Source of the DNA: Selaginella moellendorffii
Lineage: Eukaryota > Plantae > Lycopodiophyta
Length of the DNA: 64,000 nucleotides
Direction of reading: 5' to 3'
Assembly (NCBI RefSeq): GCF_000143415.4
Contig: NW_003314443.1
Location: forward strand, 62,001-126,000
In this document: positions 63,601 through 64,000 of the stretch, piece by piece
How positions within the stretch are numbered: position 1 is the stretch's first letter
Layout of the letters: every line of letters starts with the position of its first letter
Notes under the pieces: generated by a model
Seen by the model: the letters and a program-made list of their open reading frames with translations, nothing else
Database searches by the model: none
What the model was told of the DNA's origin: nothing
Translations under genes and position numbers: made by a program

Positions 63601-64000
63601 AGTCTTGCCTAACAATGATCACGAGTCTTGCATGAACTAATTTCAATGCTAAAGAAGAAATCATGGTATAACCCATAATATTCTCCTCAACACATCCATA
63701 AGCTAAACTTCATAATGCCAAAGCTAATGAAGAGCATGTCTGCATCACAAAAGCTAAGTATAATGAAGCTATGCTCGACAAGTGATCACCAAACGATCCT
63801 TCATAAATCCATCTATAGCAAGACGTAACTCACGTCATAACAAGCACAAAAAGAATCATCAATGATTGATATATCCCAATGCAAACCCAACAAGGGACCA
63901 ACATCTTCAATATCAATCACTAACTCTTCATCTTGTAAAGCTAGCATAGTCCATGACTGAATCACTTTTCAAGGAAAAGCCGAAGCTCAACCCCTACTAA
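60611..64000 (-). mobile_element. Gypsy element family A: 3' LTR ~60611-62155, PPT 62156-62168, long non-coding 3' internal region running off the window
   Basis: TGTGAG left end, ...CGACA right end followed by CTCTCCCCCCCT. LTR homologous to 51110-51931. Internal region homologous to 10996-12346. Confidence 0.85.

Overview
Eukaryotic land-plant genomic DNA. The ~50-60-nt GT-AG introns, tightly packed genes, many PPR remnants and CCCTAAA repeats fit a compact lycophyte genome such as Selaginella (inference only). Four zones: (1) 1-~10.5 kb is a putative DNA transposon with two divergent genes, a decayed DDD/E transposase (+) and a protein that reads as a ParB/Srx-like domain fused to a degenerate beta-class N4C/N6A DNA-methyltransferase fold (-). 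The zone is studded with ~24 copies of a 22-bp palindrome (ATGGCRTGNGGCCNCAYGCCAT) that I did not see elsewhere in the window. This is the best candidate for an undescribed system. (2) ~10.5-29.4 kb is a nest of Ty3/Gypsy (chromovirus-type) elements and LTR fragments, including a 5S-rRNA-containing Cassandra-like solo LTR. (3) 29.4-40.6 kb is a host gene cluster: small secreted protein, 2OG-Fe(II) oxygenase, ACX3-like acyl-CoA oxidase, P-loop pseudogene, Sec14/CRAL-TRIO protein and START-like protein. (4) 39.5-64 kb is a rearranged zone with a 3.2-kb direct duplication, a ~6.5-7-kb inverted duplication starting exactly at a hAT terminus, gene-fragment collages (PPR, Crinkler-type NTPase, START), a tRNA-derived SINE-like repeat and more Gypsy LTRs. 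All family assignments come from motif recognition by eye, not database searches.
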